Positions 1 to 13,361 of a stretch of DNA of 64,000 nucleotides are shown piece after piece. The translations under genes were made by a program, and so were the position numbers. Under the pieces are notes generated by a model, which was not told where the DNA came from, searched no databases, and saw only the letters and a list, made by a program, of their open reading frames with translations. The DNA is from SAR324 cluster bacterium (lineage in GTDB: Bacteria; SAR324; XYD2-FULL-50-16; JAERRU01). The stretch covers positions 19,774 to 83,773 of the forward strand of contig JAERRU010000018.1 of NCBI GenBank assembly GCA_016735295.1, written 5' to 3'. Within the stretch, counting starts at the first letter, position 1. The number at the start of each line of letters is the position of its first letter.

Positions 1-558
1 CCTTGGTTGGTGGGATCATTATCATTTTTACTATCTTTTTTAGCTGTTTTAGGATTAATTTTAATCCATCATTTAGCTTCTCATGTATTAAAATATAAAA
101 ATGAGTTCAGGGAGAAGATTGCAAATTATTTTTTACTAACCTTTTTTGGAAGTTGCCTGATCAGCTTAATCATTATGCCTATTAATTTGTTAGTTTTTCA
201 AGGAGTTAATCTTTTACAGCCTTTTAGTAACATTATACATATCCCCCTTGCTTCTTTAATCATCATACCTTACGCTTTTTTGATAATCCCATTACTTGCC
301 TTTAGCTACTGGGCACCTGATATTAGCTTTATTAATTATATAATAGATATCTATTTTAGAGGATTACAGATAATAATTGATTGGTGGATTAAATTAATTG
401 AAATTAATTATAAAATAACCGGTTTTGCTAGTGTAAATTGGGAAATAAAAAATAGTCACCTGTTCGTGTGGATATGGGTTATATTGGTACTTTTTATATG
501 CTTAGGAACCTTTTATCAAATGACTAAATTAAAATTAACTATCTTAAATAACCAATAA
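1..558 (+). CDS. Polytopic membrane protein, C-terminal fragment (gene continues upstream of the window)
   Basis: The frame is open from nt 1 and the first Met is at 7. The translation is strongly hydrophobic with several predicted TM helices. I recognise no catalytic motif. Confidence 0.4.
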   Translation, partial: PWLVGSLSFLLSFLAVLGLILIHHLASHVLKYKNEFREKIANYFLLTFFGSCLISLIIMPINLLVFQGVNLLQPFSNIIHIPLASLIIIPYAFLIIPLLAFSYWAPDISFINYIIDIYFRGLQIIIDWWIKLIEINYKITGFASVNWEIKNSHLFVWIWVILVLFICLGTFYQMTKLKLTILNNQ

Positions 559-578
559 TCACAAAATATACTAAAACT

Positions 579-2546
579 ATGACTGATTTTTTTGAAACTG
601 ATGATAATAATAATGATGATGCTGATGCTGATAATCAAGCCTTTGCCATACTAGCTGAAGAGGAGAAAAGCTTAAGCACACAAGATTATGATATAAAAAG
701 AATTCAAGGAACTGATGGAGTAAGGGGTAAAATGGTTTTTAATACTAAAAATCCTCTGTATGACCTAATCCACAAAAGACTTATCAGTCCTCAATTTATT
801 GAATTTTATGTTTATAGTTGGGGCAGGCTGTTAATAGAAGAATCATCTAGTAATGGCATTAAGGAAGGGGAAGTAAGCCCTAAAAATGAAATAATTATTG
901 CCCAAGACCCTCGTGATAAAAGTGATGCATTCTTAAAAGCAGCAATTAGTGGAATAAATAAAGCAGGGCTAAAAGTAGTTTATATTGGCCATTTACCAAC
1001 TCCAGCAATACCTTTTTATCTATTAATAGCAAATGCTATAGGTGGCATTATGTTAACTGCGTCACACAATTCTGCTGATGAGCATGGTATTAAATTATTT
1101 GATAATGAGGGCTTTAAATATTTACCTGAATATGACTATAGATTAACTGAAATAGTTAAAACTTTAGACTATCAAATTATCGCAAACTTACCAGGAAATG
1201 ACGCCTCTTTTAAAGATAATTATCGCTTAGCTAAAGAAGAATTTATAAAATTTAGTCTAAAAAGTTGGCATAGCCTAACTAACCATAAACCAGTTTTAAA
1301 AGATTACCGCTTAGTATTAGATCTATCTAATGGGGCCACCTGTTCCATAGCAAAAGAAATATTCACCAATCTTGGTGCTAAAGAAGTTTTTATGACCAAC
1401 GACAGTTTTGATAATGAAATTAATAAAAATTGTGGAGTATGCGACTTTGAAGAAAAATCTATCATCACCAAAACTAACTGGCAAGAAAAGGATAGTAAAT
1501 GGCGAAAATTTGCTACTATAAATTTATTATTCAAACTATCAGTACCCAGTGGTGATAATTTAGTCGGTATTATATTTGACGGAGACGGCGATAGATTTGT
1601 GATGCTAGAATATGATAAAAATCAAGACGCTATTTTAATTAGATCGGGAGACTACCTAGCAGCAAAATTTATTGATTACGAAACCAATAATTCAGCAAAT
1701 AAAGCTATCGTTAACACCATAGAATCAGATCACTGCATAGATAGCTACGCCAAGAGCAAAGGTTGGCAAATTCATAAGCAATCTATAGGAGATAAATGGT
1801 TAGCTAGCTGTGTGGCTGATTTGGCTAATAAAAAATTAAAAAAAGATATTATCTTCGGGTATGAATCATCCGGACATTTTATATTTTTAGAAGAGATAAA
1901 AAAAACTAATCCTAATAAAGATAAATTTATAATCGCCGGAAATGGGGTGCTAGCCGCTCTTCACGCTCTAGCTGTCTTAGATAATAAACAACCAACCAGC
2001 TATCTTCCTGGTAAGCGATTTACTATGCATATCTATTTTATAAATAAAAGTAAACTAGGCAATCTTGATTTTAAAAATCAACTTAAAGATATGATAATAA
2101 CTAAAATTAGTGATTATGAAAATTTAGGTTGCCAAGCGGTAGATTTTGAATTTGAAGAAGATTTAGTTAACTTTAATGTGTTCGATCAACATAAAACCAT
2201 TATTGGTCGAATATTTATTCGTAATTCAGGTACAGAAAATAAAGCTACTATTAGTGTCAGATGCGAAAAATCTGCCTATACGCAGCTAAGTAATATCGCT
2301 ACTGAAATTTATACATACCTATGGTTTAAGCTAAAAGACCTTAATTTATCAGAAAATAACCTGATAATTAAAATTTTAACCACTGAAAATGAAAAAATGT
2401 TATCTTTTCATAGTAAATATCCTAAAATATTTCAAAAGGTGCGCTCCATACTAGAAGATAAAGAACTGCTAATAACCAACCAAACTTTAACCCCTTTGGG
2501 ACAATCGGTTAAAAATTTACTTATCAATAAAATTAATCAACCTTAA
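579..2546 (+). CDS. Alpha-D-phosphohexomutase (phosphoglucomutase/phosphomannomutase family), long form with an acidic N-terminal extension
   Basis: GTDGVRG N-terminal motif, active-site Ser loop TASHNS, and Mg-binding loop FDGDGDRFVM. The 655-aa length is longer than typical PGM/PMM. Confidence 0.75.
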   Translation: MTDFFETDDNNNDDADADNQAFAILAEEEKSLSTQDYDIKRIQGTDGVRGKMVFNTKNPLYDLIHKRLISPQFIEFYVYSWGRLLIEESSSNGIKEGEVSPKNEIIIAQDPRDKSDAFLKAAISGINKAGLKVVYIGHLPTPAIPFYLLIANAIGGIMLTASHNSADEHGIKLFDNEGFKYLPEYDYRLTEIVKTLDYQIIANLPGNDASFKDNYRLAKEEFIKFSLKSWHSLTNHKPVLKDYRLVLDLSNGATCSIAKEIFTNLGAKEVFMTNDSFDNEINKNCGVCDFEEKSIITKTNWQEKDSKWRKFATINLLFKLSVPSGDNLVGIIFDGDGDRFVMLEYDKNQDAILIRSGDYLAAKFIDYETNNSANKAIVNTIESDHCIDSYAKSKGWQIHKQSIGDKWLASCVADLANKKLKKDIIFGYESSGHFIFLEEIKKTNPNKDKFIIAGNGVLAALHALAVLDNKQPTSYLPGKRFTMHIYFINKSKLGNLDFKNQLKDMIITKISDYENLGCQAVDFEFEEDLVNFNVFDQHKTIIGRIFIRNSGTENKATISVRCEKSAYTQLSNIATEIYTYLWFKLKDLNLSENNLIIKILTTENEKMLSFHSKYPKIFQKVRSILEDKELLITNQTLTPLGQSVKNLLINKINQP

Positions 2547-2574
2547 TTCATCACCCCGCAAAAAAATATATCAC

Positions 2575-3963
2575 CTAAAGCAACATAGCGTCATGCACCA
2601 CCCTAAGAGCCTTTAGGTGATCTTTATCATTAATAACGCAAGAAATATTAATCTCAGACGCCCCTTGAGTAATCATTTCAATATTAACATCTTGCTTAGC
2701 TAAAGTGCTAAACATTTTAGCTGCGGTGCCAACAGAGCGGTTCATTCCTCTGCCTACTAAACTTAAAATTGCCATATTCTTCAATACCGAAACCTCGGCA
2801 ATCTTTTTTAACTCAAGCACCGCATTCATTATGCTAATATTTGAATCAGCGGTTAATGATATGCTAACCTCAGAAGTAGCAATAAGATCTATCACCACCC
2901 TATTAGCATTAAGCACATTAAATACACTCGACATAAACCCATGAGCCATCAACATTCGATTAGATTTAATATTTAATACTTGCACATTACGCTTAATGGT
3001 CACTGCGACTGGTTTATTATGAATTTGCTCATCTCCAGCAGCATCAGCAATAATCACAGTTCCAGGTAAATCAGGTTTTAAAGAATGCTTAATTCTTACC
3101 GGTATACCATCTTTAATTACTTGCTCAATAGTAAAAGGATGTATCACCTCAGCTCCATAATAGGTAATCTCTGCCGCTTCTTCTGGTGATAATTTAGGCA
3201 CTACATAAGCATTTTTAATTTGTTTAGGATCGGCAGAATAAACTCCATCAACATCTTTCCAAATTTGTAATTCATCAACAGTCAAACTAGCCGCCACCGT
3301 GGCCGCAGTAAAATCAGTATACCCCCTCCCTATACCGGCTAAAATTCCACCTGGTACCTTGCCAATAAATCCGGTTAATACCGGCACTTCATCGGTTAAC
3401 GTGTTTAATCTTTTTGTTATATTAGCTCTTAGCAATGTATGAAAATGACGATTAACCTGGCTTATCCCGCTATCAATTATTATATCTTCTAATGGCAAAA
3501 ACCTAGCGGGCACAGATATAGATTGCAGCACCACACTAAGCAACATAGCCGATAGTCTTTCTCCGGTTGATAATATTAGGTCACTGCTTCTGCTAGAAAG
3601 CTCTCCTACGACTTCTACTGCTCTGAGAAAATGATTTAATTGACTTAATTCTTTATCCACAAAATTTTTGACATTTTGCCGATTTTTACTATCTGCTATT
3701 AGCTCGTTTATTATATTCAAGTGATTTTCTTGAATTAAAGCCAAAAAAGGTTGTGGATCTATTTTTTGTAAGGCACTACCACTCGCCTTTAAAAGTAATG
3801 AAGTAGTTCCTGTTTCTTTATCAAGATTACTTATCGCCGATACCACGACCAGGGTTTTTTGTTTTTGCCAACTTTTTTTAATTATTTTGGCAACTTTCAT
3901 CATACGTTCAGGGCTGCCTAGGCTGGTTCCGCCAAATTTTTGTACTATCGTTCGATTAGTCAT
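2575..3963 (-). CDS. lysC: Aspartate kinase
   Basis: N-terminus IVQKFGGTSLGS (aspartokinase KFGGTS motif), amino-acid-kinase fold, and a C-terminal pair of ACT-like regulatory segments. 462 aa. Confidence 0.85.
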   Translation of the reverse strand: MTNRTIVQKFGGTSLGSPERMMKVAKIIKKSWQKQKTLVVVSAISNLDKETGTTSLLLKASGSALQKIDPQPFLALIQENHLNIINELIADSKNRQNVKNFVDKELSQLNHFLRAVEVVGELSSRSSDLILSTGERLSAMLLSVVLQSISVPARFLPLEDIIIDSGISQVNRHFHTLLRANITKRLNTLTDEVPVLTGFIGKVPGGILAGIGRGYTDFTAATVAASLTVDELQIWKDVDGVYSADPKQIKNAYVVPKLSPEEAAEITYYGAEVIHPFTIEQVIKDGIPVRIKHSLKPDLPGTVIIADAAGDEQIHNKPVAVTIKRNVQVLNIKSNRMLMAHGFMSSVFNVLNANRVVIDLIATSEVSISLTADSNISIMNAVLELKKIAEVSVLKNMAILSLVGRGMNRSVGTAAKMFSTLAKQDVNIEMITQGASEINISCVINDKDHLKALRVVHDAMLL

Positions 3964-4226
3964 ATACTATTTTTTAGTTAACAAACTTAGTTACTGATTT
4001 AATGTTTGATGATTAATAGTTGTGATATATTTATTAAATTAAGTAAATAGCCCATCAAAGCACATTTAACACGACCTTAGAATGTTAGTCAATTAGGTTT
4101 TTTTCAAAATTTATTATCAGAAACTTTATCTAAGTAGAAAATTGACTTTACTATCAATATAATGCTATAAGACAAGCAAATTTTTTAATATCTAAGCAAC
4201 TTTTAACTCTTTCAATATGCTAGACA

Positions 4227-5129
4227 ATGATTGCTACTAGATGTAATTTTATTGGTAAAAAAATACAACTTTATTACCTCATTGCCGGAGCAATTGGGTC
4301 AATATTTATATTTGGTATTTCATCATGTCAAAAATCGCTTGATTTTGCCAGCCTGAAAGTAGAAGAAAGTGATCTATTGCTAAGCAGTACTCCTTTAAAT
4401 AACGAAGAAATGCTTTTTAAGCATGATTCGTTGATTTTATATGTGCTCCCCACTAAGATAGCCTCCCTTGCTGAAATAAACTGGCTTAAAGAAAGATTTA
4501 ATCTGGTATTTAGTTTTCGAGGGCAAACACCGTTAATTTTAGCCAAACAAAACAATAATAATAAAGGACTAAATACTATCTTTAAGCGAGATTCTTATCC
4601 TCTTAAAATTAATTCATTTGCATACAAAAGCTATCTTAAAAATAATGACTACGCCTTATTTATTAAGATATTAGCTAGAAATACATCTCTATTAAATAAA
4701 AAATCGGCAAAGTTTGATGTGGTTGTTTTTGCCTACAACAAAAAAGGAGAGCTGATAAATGAAGGAAATATCAATACTATTAGCATCAGAAATAATGATT
4801 CTTCTTTGGGTTATGCGAGAAATAGGCTTAATAAATTTATTGAAACATACTTTCCCATCAAAGGTTTAGTTATCCAAGTTAGAGGAGGTCAAAAAGCTGC
4901 CAAAATATCGGTAGGTAGATCTGCTGGCACTATAGCTAATCAAAAATTTGCATTATACGATAGGGATAAAATATCACTAAAAGAATTTAGTGTTTTACGC
5001 AATAATCACCTTAATTTTAAATCTAATAAGCAGATAATAGAACTAGTCGCTGTTGAAGAAGATGAAAGCTGGTTTTATATTACCCAGCCTCCAATAAAAA
5101 TTGGCGATATTGTTATTTCTATACCCTAA
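4227..5129 (+). CDS. Hypothetical lipoprotein
   Basis: Hydrophobic N-terminus followed by the lipobox-like GISSC. I recognise no conserved domain. Confidence 0.4.
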   Translation: MIATRCNFIGKKIQLYYLIAGAIGSIFIFGISSCQKSLDFASLKVEESDLLLSSTPLNNEEMLFKHDSLILYVLPTKIASLAEINWLKERFNLVFSFRGQTPLILAKQNNNNKGLNTIFKRDSYPLKINSFAYKSYLKNNDYALFIKILARNTSLLNKKSAKFDVVVFAYNKKGELINEGNINTISIRNNDSSLGYARNRLNKFIETYFPIKGLVIQVRGGQKAAKISVGRSAGTIANQKFALYDRDKISLKEFSVLRNNHLNFKSNKQIIELVAVEEDESWFYITQPPIKIGDIVISIP

Positions 5130-5135
5130 TTTAAC

Positions 5136-5160
5136 TTTATATAATATAATATAATATAAT
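5136..5160. repeat. (ATAAT)4 pentanucleotide tandem repeat in the promoter region of the TPR gene
   Basis: The sequence tttat ataat ataat ataat ataat is seen directly, 25 bp upstream of the ATG at 5186. Confidence 0.6.
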
Positions 5161-5185
5161 ACCTTAACGCCTATTTTGATATAAT

Positions 5186-6994
5186 ATGATGGACTACAAT
5201 AATGTAGAAAATATTGATGATGATGAATTCTTAACCAACTATTCCCCTAAGAACAAAGCTGAGGAGCATCTATTTAAAGCACTTAATTTGATGAAAGCTG
5301 AACTTTTTCAAGCAGCGATGGTAGAATTTCATCAAGCTTGTCAGTTAAATCCGCAAGAGATAGTGCCTTTAGCGAAAAAGATATATACAGAAAAAATAAA
5401 ACTTCAGCAGTATGAAGCCGCTTTAGTTGTGGGGGTATTGCTTTTATCTTTGGATGATACTGACTATATTTTGGCCACTGAATTAGCTGGATATGCCCGC
5501 AAGAATAATGATTATATGCAGGCAACATCTCTTTATAGAAAAGCGTTAACGATAGATCCAAATTATATGCTGGCCCTTTGTAATTTAGGAGCTAGTTTAG
5601 AAAAGGTTCCTTATTATGACCAAGACGCCATATTAGCCTATAAATATTTTAATAATACTGATTTTATATTTCCTGAATATTTGGTATTATCCGAAGATGG
5701 TAAGTATGAGTTTGATAATGGTTATATAGATAGTATAACCAGCAAGACTATTGAATATTTAACACAGAAACAAGAAGAGAAATATAATAAAAACCTTGCA
5801 ATAGCTAGCAAAGTTGGTGTATCTAAGGAGATAGGCACATCGGTCGCTAATACTTGGCAAACCAAAAAGAGTTTTTCCAAAAGAGACCTCACTCCCACCA
5901 ACTATAAGCAGTATTTAGATCATTTATCAGCTAACGACCATGAACTGCAAGACATATGTAACTACAACATCATTCTTTTATATTTAAAAGAAAATGTAAA
6001 CATATTGGCCTTAGGTGAAAGGGTAGTTCTTTTAACGAAAAAGCTAGAGACCACTAAAAAGGAACTTCCTCATTTTGATATTCTCGCTGGGCTATATTAC
6101 GCAAGGATTGGTCAAAGCGATAAGGCAATCAATATTTTCTTCAATGTTTTAAAAAAAGATAGGTTTGATCGTTACGCCAATGCTAATTTAGGGCTAATTT
6201 GTCGTAAAGTAGGGCGAATGCAACAATCGGCTCGTTATTTGATATTTGCTTATTATTTATATCGGCGGGCACTTAATAGTTTTAATATTAATAACCTTAT
6301 AATACAGGCAAGGATAAAATTTTCTTCACGGGTATTTAGAGTAGCCAAGGGATATTTTATGATTCTAATTGAAGAAGGATACGCTGAAGTTGAAGATTAT
6401 ATCTCTTGTGTGCAATGCTGGGATTTTGAAAAAAATACCGATAAAGCTATAGAAATCATCCAACAATGTATAGCCAAATTTCCTGAAAGCGAATCAGCAA
6501 AAATAACTCTATCTGATTTTTATGATGTGTTGTTGGCTCGCGCCGATACATTATTATTAGAAAATAATCGGGAAAGAATGGCCTTCGACTTATATAAAAA
6601 GGCATATATACTTGATCACAGGCTAGATCTTATCAAAAAATTATTAGTGATCATGAGAAAAATAAAAAAGCTTAGTGATGATGAAAAGAAATTTCGCGTA
6701 CATCTAAAAACAGAGCTAAATAATATGCTAAGCTCTGTACCTAGCATAGGTAATGAGATTATACAAAATCGAAAAGAAAATACAGAAGATCGACGCATTG
6801 AATACTTAAAAAAGGCAAAAAAATTAATACGGGAAAATAAATATCTTCCAGCAGTTGCCTTTTTAGAATCAGCATTCAGAATTAAAAATGATCAGGCTAC
6901 ATATTCTATATTAAGCAATTTATATAAAGCGTTAGGCAATCATGATGATTTAGAAAAATTAAATAAGCGACAGCCAACAATAATAAATCGTTGA
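5186..6994 (+). CDS. TPR-repeat protein
   Basis: Multiple degenerate 34-aa TPR-like units (W/LG/Y...A...F...A...P patterns). No signal peptide. Confidence 0.5.
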   Translation: MMDYNNVENIDDDEFLTNYSPKNKAEEHLFKALNLMKAELFQAAMVEFHQACQLNPQEIVPLAKKIYTEKIKLQQYEAALVVGVLLLSLDDTDYILATELAGYARKNNDYMQATSLYRKALTIDPNYMLALCNLGASLEKVPYYDQDAILAYKYFNNTDFIFPEYLVLSEDGKYEFDNGYIDSITSKTIEYLTQKQEEKYNKNLAIASKVGVSKEIGTSVANTWQTKKSFSKRDLTPTNYKQYLDHLSANDHELQDICNYNIILLYLKENVNILALGERVVLLTKKLETTKKELPHFDILAGLYYARIGQSDKAINIFFNVLKKDRFDRYANANLGLICRKVGRMQQSARYLIFAYYLYRRALNSFNINNLIIQARIKFSSRVFRVAKGYFMILIEEGYAEVEDYISCVQCWDFEKNTDKAIEIIQQCIAKFPESESAKITLSDFYDVLLARADTLLLENNRERMAFDLYKKAYILDHRLDLIKKLLVIMRKIKKLSDDEKKFRVHLKTELNNMLSSVPSIGNEIIQNRKENTEDRRIEYLKKAKKLIRENKYLPAVAFLESAFRIKNDQATYSILSNLYKALGNHDDLEKLNKRQPTIINR

Positions 6995-7054
6995 TGAAAA
7001 GCGAAAATCGCTCCAAAATTAAAACTTCGAATTTAGATTCTAACAAGTATATTT

Positions 7055-7432
7055 ATGGCGAAAGAGAGATTAGCAAAGGATGAGGAGAAAAATAAAATTA
7101 ACAACGAGGAAAAAAAAGATGCCCACAAATATAGTTTTATAGAACAATTAGGGGAAACAGCAACTGATATTGCTACCTCAGAGCCCCCTTTTTGCCGGGT
7201 ATTGATTCATAATGATGACCATACACCAATGGATTTTGTGGTAGATATCATTAAAAAACATTTTCACAAAAACAATGATGAGGCAGTAGATATAATGTTG
7301 CGTGTGCACCACAATGGCACAGGAATTTGTGGCGTTTACTCACAAGACATAGCAGAAACAAAAGCTTTAATGGTAATGGAAGATGCTAGAAAACATAGCT
7401 ACCCATTGCAGTGTTCAATAGAGGAGGTATAG
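7055..7432 (+). CDS. clpS: ATP-dependent Clp protease adaptor ClpS
   Basis: Core RVLIHNDDHTPMDFVVDII...LRVHHNGTGICGVYSQDIAETK is the ClpS fold signature. The stop abuts the clpA start (7432/7433). Confidence 0.85.
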   Translation: MAKERLAKDEEKNKINNEEKKDAHKYSFIEQLGETATDIATSEPPFCRVLIHNDDHTPMDFVVDIIKKHFHKNNDEAVDIMLRVHHNGTGICGVYSQDIAETKALMVMEDARKHSYPLQCSIEEV

Positions 7433-9736
7433 ATGTTAAGTAAATCTTTAGAAAACGCTATCTTATCGGCAGCGAGAGATGCCAAGCATAGAAATCATGA
7501 AATGATTACTTTGGAGCATCTATTTTTAGCTCTTCTATATGATCAGCAAACTATAGATATTTTGGAGGAGTGCGGGGCGGATAAAGACATATTACGCCAC
7601 CAGGTAGATAATTATTTATCTACTAAAGTAGAACCTTTAGCGGCTGGTTCATCAACAAAATCTCCGGTTCAAACGGCTGCGTTGCAAAGGGTTATTCAAC
7701 GAATACTATTGCAAATGCACACTTCTGAAGAAAGCGAGGCTTATGGTGGCCATGTTTTGGTGGCGATGTATAAAGAATTAGATTCTTATAGTTTATTCTT
7801 TATGCGTTCCCAAAATATAACTCGTTTGGATTTAATTCATGCGATGTCATTCATCAAAAAGAATCAAACATCGAGCAAGATGATATCGGGAAATTTGATG
7901 GATAATCAGCCGGAGAGGGCAAAATCGAAGCATAATTCTATTTTAAGTCAATACACTTCAAATTTAACGGAGCTAGCCAAAAAGGGTAGCTTTGATGATT
8001 TAATAGGCCGTACGCACGAATTAGAAAGAACTATTCAGATACTTTGTCGGCGACGTAAAAATAATCCTTTATTTGTAGGGGAGCCGGGGGTTGGTAAAAC
8101 AGCGATGGTTGAGGGGTTAGCCATGGCTCTACGAAAAGATGATGCTCCTGCTTTTTTGCAGGATGTAGAAATTTTTTTATTAGATTTAGGGGCTTTATTG
8201 GCAGGTACAAAATTTAGAGGAGATTTTGAACAACGCTTGAAAATGGTGATAAAGGACTTAAAAAAATATAAAAATCCCATTTTATTTATTGATGAAATAC
8301 ACACTTTAGTTGGGGCTGGAGCTACTAGCGGAAGTTCTTTGGACGCATCAAATATTTTAAAGCCTTTATTGCTCAATGGCAATCTTAAATGTATGGGGGC
8401 TACTACTTTCAAGGAATATCGCAATATATTTGCTAAGGATTCTGCTTTATCAAGAAGGTTCCAAAAAATTGAGATAATGGAGCCTAGCATTCAAGACACA
8501 TTTGAAATTTTAAAGGGAATAAAAGTAAAATATGAAGAACATTTTGAGATAAGCTATACCAATAGTTCTTTAAGAATGGCGGCGGAGCTTTCTAGTAAAT
8601 ATATACACAATCAATTTTTACCAGATAAAGCGATTGATGTGATAGATGAGGCGGGTGCGGCATTATTGTTAAATAGGTCTAATTCTAAGGCTAAGGTGCG
8701 TAAAAACACTATTAACACTGCTGATATTGAAAAAATTATCGCTACTATGACTAGGATACCCTCAAAAAAAATTAATGCTAATGAATCTGATACACTACGT
8801 TCTTTGGAGCATGATTTAAGAAAAAATATATTCGGTCAAGATAAGGCGTTAAGGGTGTTAGTTTCGGCTATTAAGAGAAATAAGGCTGGACTTAAGGATC
8901 CTAATCGGCCAATTGGGGTATTTTTATTATCTGGGCCAACGGGAGTGGGCAAAACTGAGGTTTGCGTGCAATTAAGCCGCATTTTGGGGATGCACTTTGA
9001 AAGATTTGATATGAGTGAATATATGGAAAAGCACGCAGTATCAAGGCTGATAGGCTCTCCTCCTGGCTATATTGGTTTTGATCAGGGAGGGCTTTTAACT
9101 AATGCGGTGACGAAACATCCCTATTCAGTAATTTTATTAGATGAAATAGAAAAGGCTCATCCTGATATATTTAATATCCTTTTACAGCTCATGGATTATG
9201 GTAAAATAACCGATAATATGGGGGATAGATCTGATTTTTGCAATGTTATTTTAATGTTAACATCTAATGTGGGCTCAAGAGAAAGATCGGCTAAAGCGGT
9301 GGGCTTCCATAATAAAAGTGAGAGTAAGGAAAAAGAGGCTATTGAGCGGTTATTTTCTCCTGAATTTAGGAACAGATTAGATGAAACCGTGTTGTTTGCC
9401 AACCTTGATAAAAGCGTAATGCTTGATGTGGTAGATAAATTTATCGGTGAATTACAGGTAAGATTAATTAAACAAAAAATAAAAATTATCGCTGATAAAA
9501 AAGCTAAAGCGTGGTTGGCGGATAAAGGATATAAGCCAGAATATGGAGCTAGGCCATTATCTAGAGTCATTCAAACTGAGGTTAGCGATAAACTATCGGA
9601 CGAGATATTATTTGGCAAACTATCCAAGGGAGGATCGGTGCTTATTTCGCTAAAAAATAATCAGCTAGTTTTTACTATTACCGAAAGAATTAGTAGTAAA
9701 AAAGCTCCTTCTATCAGCATGCCCGCTTCTATCTAA
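7433..9736 (+). CDS. clpA: ATP-dependent Clp protease ATP-binding subunit ClpA
   Basis: Clp N-domain and two AAA+ modules (Walker A GEPGVGKT and GPTGVGKT), with no long middle coiled-coil, so ClpA rather than ClpB. The clpS-clpA synteny is classic. Confidence 0.9.
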   Translation: MLSKSLENAILSAARDAKHRNHEMITLEHLFLALLYDQQTIDILEECGADKDILRHQVDNYLSTKVEPLAAGSSTKSPVQTAALQRVIQRILLQMHTSEESEAYGGHVLVAMYKELDSYSLFFMRSQNITRLDLIHAMSFIKKNQTSSKMISGNLMDNQPERAKSKHNSILSQYTSNLTELAKKGSFDDLIGRTHELERTIQILCRRRKNNPLFVGEPGVGKTAMVEGLAMALRKDDAPAFLQDVEIFLLDLGALLAGTKFRGDFEQRLKMVIKDLKKYKNPILFIDEIHTLVGAGATSGSSLDASNILKPLLLNGNLKCMGATTFKEYRNIFAKDSALSRRFQKIEIMEPSIQDTFEILKGIKVKYEEHFEISYTNSSLRMAAELSSKYIHNQFLPDKAIDVIDEAGAALLLNRSNSKAKVRKNTINTADIEKIIATMTRIPSKKINANESDTLRSLEHDLRKNIFGQDKALRVLVSAIKRNKAGLKDPNRPIGVFLLSGPTGVGKTEVCVQLSRILGMHFERFDMSEYMEKHAVSRLIGSPPGYIGFDQGGLLTNAVTKHPYSVILLDEIEKAHPDIFNILLQLMDYGKITDNMGDRSDFCNVILMLTSNVGSRERSAKAVGFHNKSESKEKEAIERLFSPEFRNRLDETVLFANLDKSVMLDVVDKFIGELQVRLIKQKIKIIADKKAKAWLADKGYKPEYGARPLSRVIQTEVSDKLSDEILFGKLSKGGSVLISLKNNQLVFTITERISSKKAPSISMPASI

Positions 9737-9746
9737 AATTAATGGT

Positions 9747-10133
9747 ATGTCATATATAAAGCGATTTATTTTAATTATCTGCATTATTTTTATAACTTCT
9801 TGTAGCGGATTTGTCCCTAAGAAAGAATATAATACTGATGCATTAAATTTTATCGCTTTATCTTTAATCAATAGCTACCGACAAGATATTAGCCCTGCCG
9901 ATGGAGCCAGATCTGGCAGCTATCCCACTGGTTCTGCATATGGCAGACAAGCCTTTATAAAATATGGATTTTGGGCGGGATTAATCATCACTAGCGACAG
10001 GCTAGTTCATGAAATACAACCTAACAAGGCCTATTTAATTTCATTTAAAGGAATTAAACGAAAGCATGACCCACTTAGTTTTAATAGCTATTGGTGGGAT
10101 AAATCGGTTAAAAACAGCTATCTTGCCCGGTAG
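9747..10133 (+). CDS. Small hypothetical lipoprotein
   Basis: Signal peptide ending in the lipobox ITSCSG. 128 aa. Confidence 0.4.
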   Translation: MSYIKRFILIICIIFITSCSGFVPKKEYNTDALNFIALSLINSYRQDISPADGARSGSYPTGSAYGRQAFIKYGFWAGLIITSDRLVHEIQPNKAYLISFKGIKRKHDPLSFNSYWWDKSVKNSYLAR

Positions 10134-10156
10134 TTAGTCAGTAAAAAAAACATTAT

Positions 10157-10411
10157 CTACTTAGTAGGATCATCTATATCTACCAATGAATCCCCGATAG
10201 CATCAACTGGGCATACTGATTTAGCTTCTTGGCAATTAGCTAATTCAACATCATTTTCGGGCTGTTTATACACTATATCATGGTCTTTTTTGGAGCTTAA
10301 TTTAAAACTATTAGGAGCGATAGCCGCACACAATCCACAATAAATACAATTTTCATCAACAAAAAAACGCCCTGCCACGTTATCTTTATATCTTCGCTTA
10401 ATATCGGCCAT
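10157..10411 (-). CDS. Ferredoxin (single Cys-cluster 3Fe/4Fe-4S type)
   Basis: CIYCGLC...CP Cys arrangement (CxxCxxC ... CP) in an 84-aa acidic protein. Confidence 0.65.
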   Translation of the reverse strand: MADIKRRYKDNVAGRFFVDENCIYCGLCAAIAPNSFKLSSKKDHDIVYKQPENDVELANCQEAKSVCPVDAIGDSLVDIDDPTK

Positions 10412-10508
10412 TAAAATAATAAATATCTTTCCAAATTAGGTAATATTTAATATGTTATAAGATTGTTATTGAAAAACAAAATAATTTGTTATAGTTTCAA
10501 TAAATCAT

Positions 10509-10592
10509 GCCCTGGTGGCGGAATAGGTAGACGCTCAGGACTTAAAATTCTGTGACCGTAAGGTCGTGCCGGTTCGATTCCGGCCCGGGGCA
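10509..10592 (+). tRNA. tRNA-Leu (anticodon UAA)
   Basis: Cloverleaf folded by hand. The acceptor stem GCCCTGG/CCGGGGC has one G-U pair. D-arm GCGGAATAGGTAGACGC. Anticodon stem CAGGA/TTCTG with loop CTTAAAA gives anticodon TAA. A long variable arm GACCGTAAGGTCGT is typical of Leu. T-arm GCCGGTTCGATTCCGGC, discriminator A. CCA is not encoded. Confidence 0.85.
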
Positions 10593-10646
10593 TGCTGCGA
10601 CCACTTCTAATAACATATGGTGAATAGCTGATGGTTAGGTGATAGC

Positions 10647-13157
<2,511 letters not shown>

Positions 13158-13361
13158 AATATAAGGGTGTAAAAAACAAAGAATTAGTTTAATTAATAGA
13201 TTATCTTGATTTTATTAAGATAGCATTTTTTGTGATAAATTTGATGCTTTTTTGTTATTAAGCCCAGAAAATCACGGATAATGCAAAATATGACTAAATA
13301 TTAACCATAAATATTACCCGATAAATAACTAATTTTTATATAATAAAGATTATAGAAACTT

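Noticed and set aside
7-558. First ORF as a ComEC/Rec2 competence channel fragment (prompted by dprA being in the window).
   Set aside because: It is hydrophobic and polytopic, but the ComEC competence-domain signature I recall is not recognisable. It is kept as a generic membrane protein fragment.
1304-1534. Short ORFs on the opposite strand or in alternative frames inside well-supported genes (e.g. 1304-1534, 2705-2944, 4328-4555, 8035-8490, 9196-9570, 16186-16368, 17544-18120, 33952-35088, 55800-56897 and similar).
   Set aside because: They lie wholly within long ORFs with clear family signatures. Their translations are low-complexity, with no motifs. Such shadow ORFs are expected by chance.
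6995-7054. Small hairpin AGCGA-aaa-TCGCT after the TPR gene as a terminator.
   Set aside because: A 5-bp stem without a following T-run is too weak to call.
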